Both the position numbers and the translations under genes were made by a program. Source: a virus. From it: a stretch of 64,000 nt of DNA. Location of the stretch: the IMG/VR virus record IMGVR_UViG_3300021405_000007, positions 44,107-108,106 of that record, one strand, 5' to 3'. How positions within the stretch are numbered: the stretch's first letter is position 1; each line of letters opens with the position of its first letter. Of the stretch, positions 62,490 through 64,000 are shown piece after piece. Under the pieces are notes generated by a model. That model had not been told where the DNA came from. It saw nothing but the letters and a program-made list of their open reading frames with translations, and ran no database searches.

Positions 62490-63953
62490 TTAAATGATTT
62501 CTATTTTCTTTGGTTCAAAGTTTTTTTCATAGATCCTAAGTCTTTCGCATAAATGATCACTCAAATATTTAGTATTCAAAAATAAAAAATCATGAACTTT
62601 TGCTATCTTTTTTCCTGGGTAAAGTCTTACAGCACGGCCTAAAGCCTGGACAATAGCTATCTCCGATTTACCGCCTTGACACATGATCAAATGATCAGTT
62701 GATTTTATATCAATTCCTTCACCCAATACACTAGATCCGATGAGAACTTGAATTTCTCGATTGTTAAAATTATCAATCGCATTTTTAACATCTTTTTGCT
62801 TATCATCACCAGAAATGAAGGTATTTTTTATTCCCAACTCTTCTAGATACTCATGAATAATTTTACCTGACGCATCCTTTTGTTTGACTAAAATTAATAC
62901 TTGCTCATCCTTAGCTATTTGATACTCGAATATCTCTTTAATTTTGAGTAACAATTCAATATTTTTACAATAGTTTTGGGTATACTCAGTATTATAATTT
63001 CGAGCATGTTTACCTTCAACCTCGTGAACTGTAATCTCCAAAGGAGTTAAATATCCATCGGAAGTGGCTTTAGCTGGAGAGTAGCGATAAAGTATGTTCG
63101 AACAAAATCCCAGTAATGACATAGTTTTAGAATCATTTCTTAAATAGGTTCCGGAGAAAGAAAATTTATAATACACGTGATCAAAATAAGGCAATAGATT
63201 CAGATAAGTATCAGCGCCAGAGTGATGCGCCTCGTCAATTCCAATAAAGTCTATATCCCAAATTACAGCTTCTAATAGACCTTGTTTTTGCAGAGAAGCC
63301 AAAGTTTGAACTGTAGCAAAACGAATATTCTTTATTGGTTTTTTAGTTTTGACGGAATCAGAAGTTATCTCCATTACTTGTTTGGAACCAAAAGCATCTT
63401 TAAATGATTCCATTAATTGATGTTTCAGATTCTTTGCAGGAACAATTATTAAGGCTTTTACACCAAGTTCTTTAACCAATTGCTGCATTACAAGAGTTTT
63501 ACCACTGCCTATACTCAGTTCAAAAACCCCTCGACCATATTTTAAACCTAAATCAATAGACTCTTTTTGGTAGTATCGAAGATTTAAATCAGAATACCAT
63601 TGGTAATTTATTGATTTCTTTGGTTTTTTTCGAAGATCTAAAATTTCAAATTTAGATTTGTTGTTCTTAAGAACTTCCTCAACCATAAAGAGAAGTCCGG
63701 TTGGAAAATAGTTTTCCTGATCAAGAAGACAAACAGTTTCTTGTTGTTTTAAAATCTCAATTTTTTTTCTAAAAAATTCGATCTTATAACTCAATTTTTT
63801 CCTTTGAGCTATTTTGATTTGCATGAATAGGTTGACTATTTCTTTGGCGACCTCATCGTCTTGATAGGTCAAGGTAGTTCTAACCAAAGAAATAGTCTTT
63901 GAATCCACATTCAAAAGTTGAGAAAATGAATTTTTTATATGAATATTAATCAT
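62490..63953 (-). CDS. superfamily 2 DNA helicase (UvsW-like, DEAH)
   Basis: LRYYQ Q-motif, GSGKT, DEAHH, SGT, GEGIDI, QALGRAVR. Confidence 0.92.
   Translation of the reverse strand: MINIHIKNSFSQLLNVDSKTISLVRTTLTYQDDEVAKEIVNLFMQIKIAQRKKLSYKIEFFRKKIEILKQQETVCLLDQENYFPTGLLFMVEEVLKNNKSKFEILDLRKKPKKSINYQWYSDLNLRYYQKESIDLGLKYGRGVFELSIGSGKTLVMQQLVKELGVKALIIVPAKNLKHQLMESFKDAFGSKQVMEITSDSVKTKKPIKNIRFATVQTLASLQKQGLLEAVIWDIDFIGIDEAHHSGADTYLNLLPYFDHVYYKFSFSGTYLRNDSKTMSLLGFCSNILYRYSPAKATSDGYLTPLEITVHEVEGKHARNYNTEYTQNYCKNIELLLKIKEIFEYQIAKDEQVLILVKQKDASGKIIHEYLEELGIKNTFISGDDKQKDVKNAIDNFNNREIQVLIGSSVLGEGIDIKSTDHLIMCQGGKSEIAIVQALGRAVRLYPGKKIAKVHDFLFLNTKYLSDHLCERLRIYEKNFEPKKIEII
62837..62920. repeat. 84-bp exact direct repeat, copy 2 (within helicase CDS)
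   Basis: identical to 61919..62002. Confidence 0.95.
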
Positions 63954-64000
63954 ATAACAAGTTTATAATAAAATTGATATAAAAGTAAAGGTTTATATAA

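Noticed and set aside
61919-62920. 84-bp repeat as a DGR template/variable repeat or attL/attR pair
   Set aside because: The copies are identical with no adenine-specific mismatches, there is no reverse transcriptase or integrase in the window, and no displaced helicase 3' end lies beyond copy 1.

Overview
AT-rich segment of a large lytic myovirus (contractile tail) genome. No terminase, portal or major capsid gene is recognisable in this window. The + strand carries most of the virion module: neck/adaptor genes, a 903-aa repeat-containing protein, tail sheath, tail tube, decoration/fibre proteins, tail chaperones, tape measure, baseplate and two tail fibres. This module is interrupted by an RpoD-like sigma-70 gene (7.7-8.9 kb) and by a ~9 kb mostly minus-strand accessory block (2OG-Fe(II) oxygenase, thyX, class II RNR nrdJ, HAD, a second inverted tail-tube paralog). 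The right end (50.9-64 kb) holds small accessory ORFs, ClpP, dUTPase, a BT1 folate transporter plus PQ-loop transporter, exported cell-wall enzymes and an SF2 helicase. Main observations: (1) Seven good and two weaker sigma-28/FliA-type promoters (TAAAG-N14/15-xCCGAxAx) precede accessory operons, while structural genes are preceded by extended -10 boxes and the phage encodes its own RpoD-like sigma with altered region 4.2. This suggests a host-FliA to phage-sigma70 cascade, plausibly in a predatory Bdellovibrionota-type host. (2) A ~460-nt ORF-free region (60498-60958) folds by eye into a nested multi-domain RNA with a GNRA loop, G-U pairs and a possible pseudoknot. (3) A putative head polyprotein has ~20 hydrophobic-x-K|S/A/G sites and repeated modules. 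(4) An exact 84-bp copy of helicase coding sequence lies 918 bp from its source. All protein calls come from motif recognition by eye; no database searches were run.
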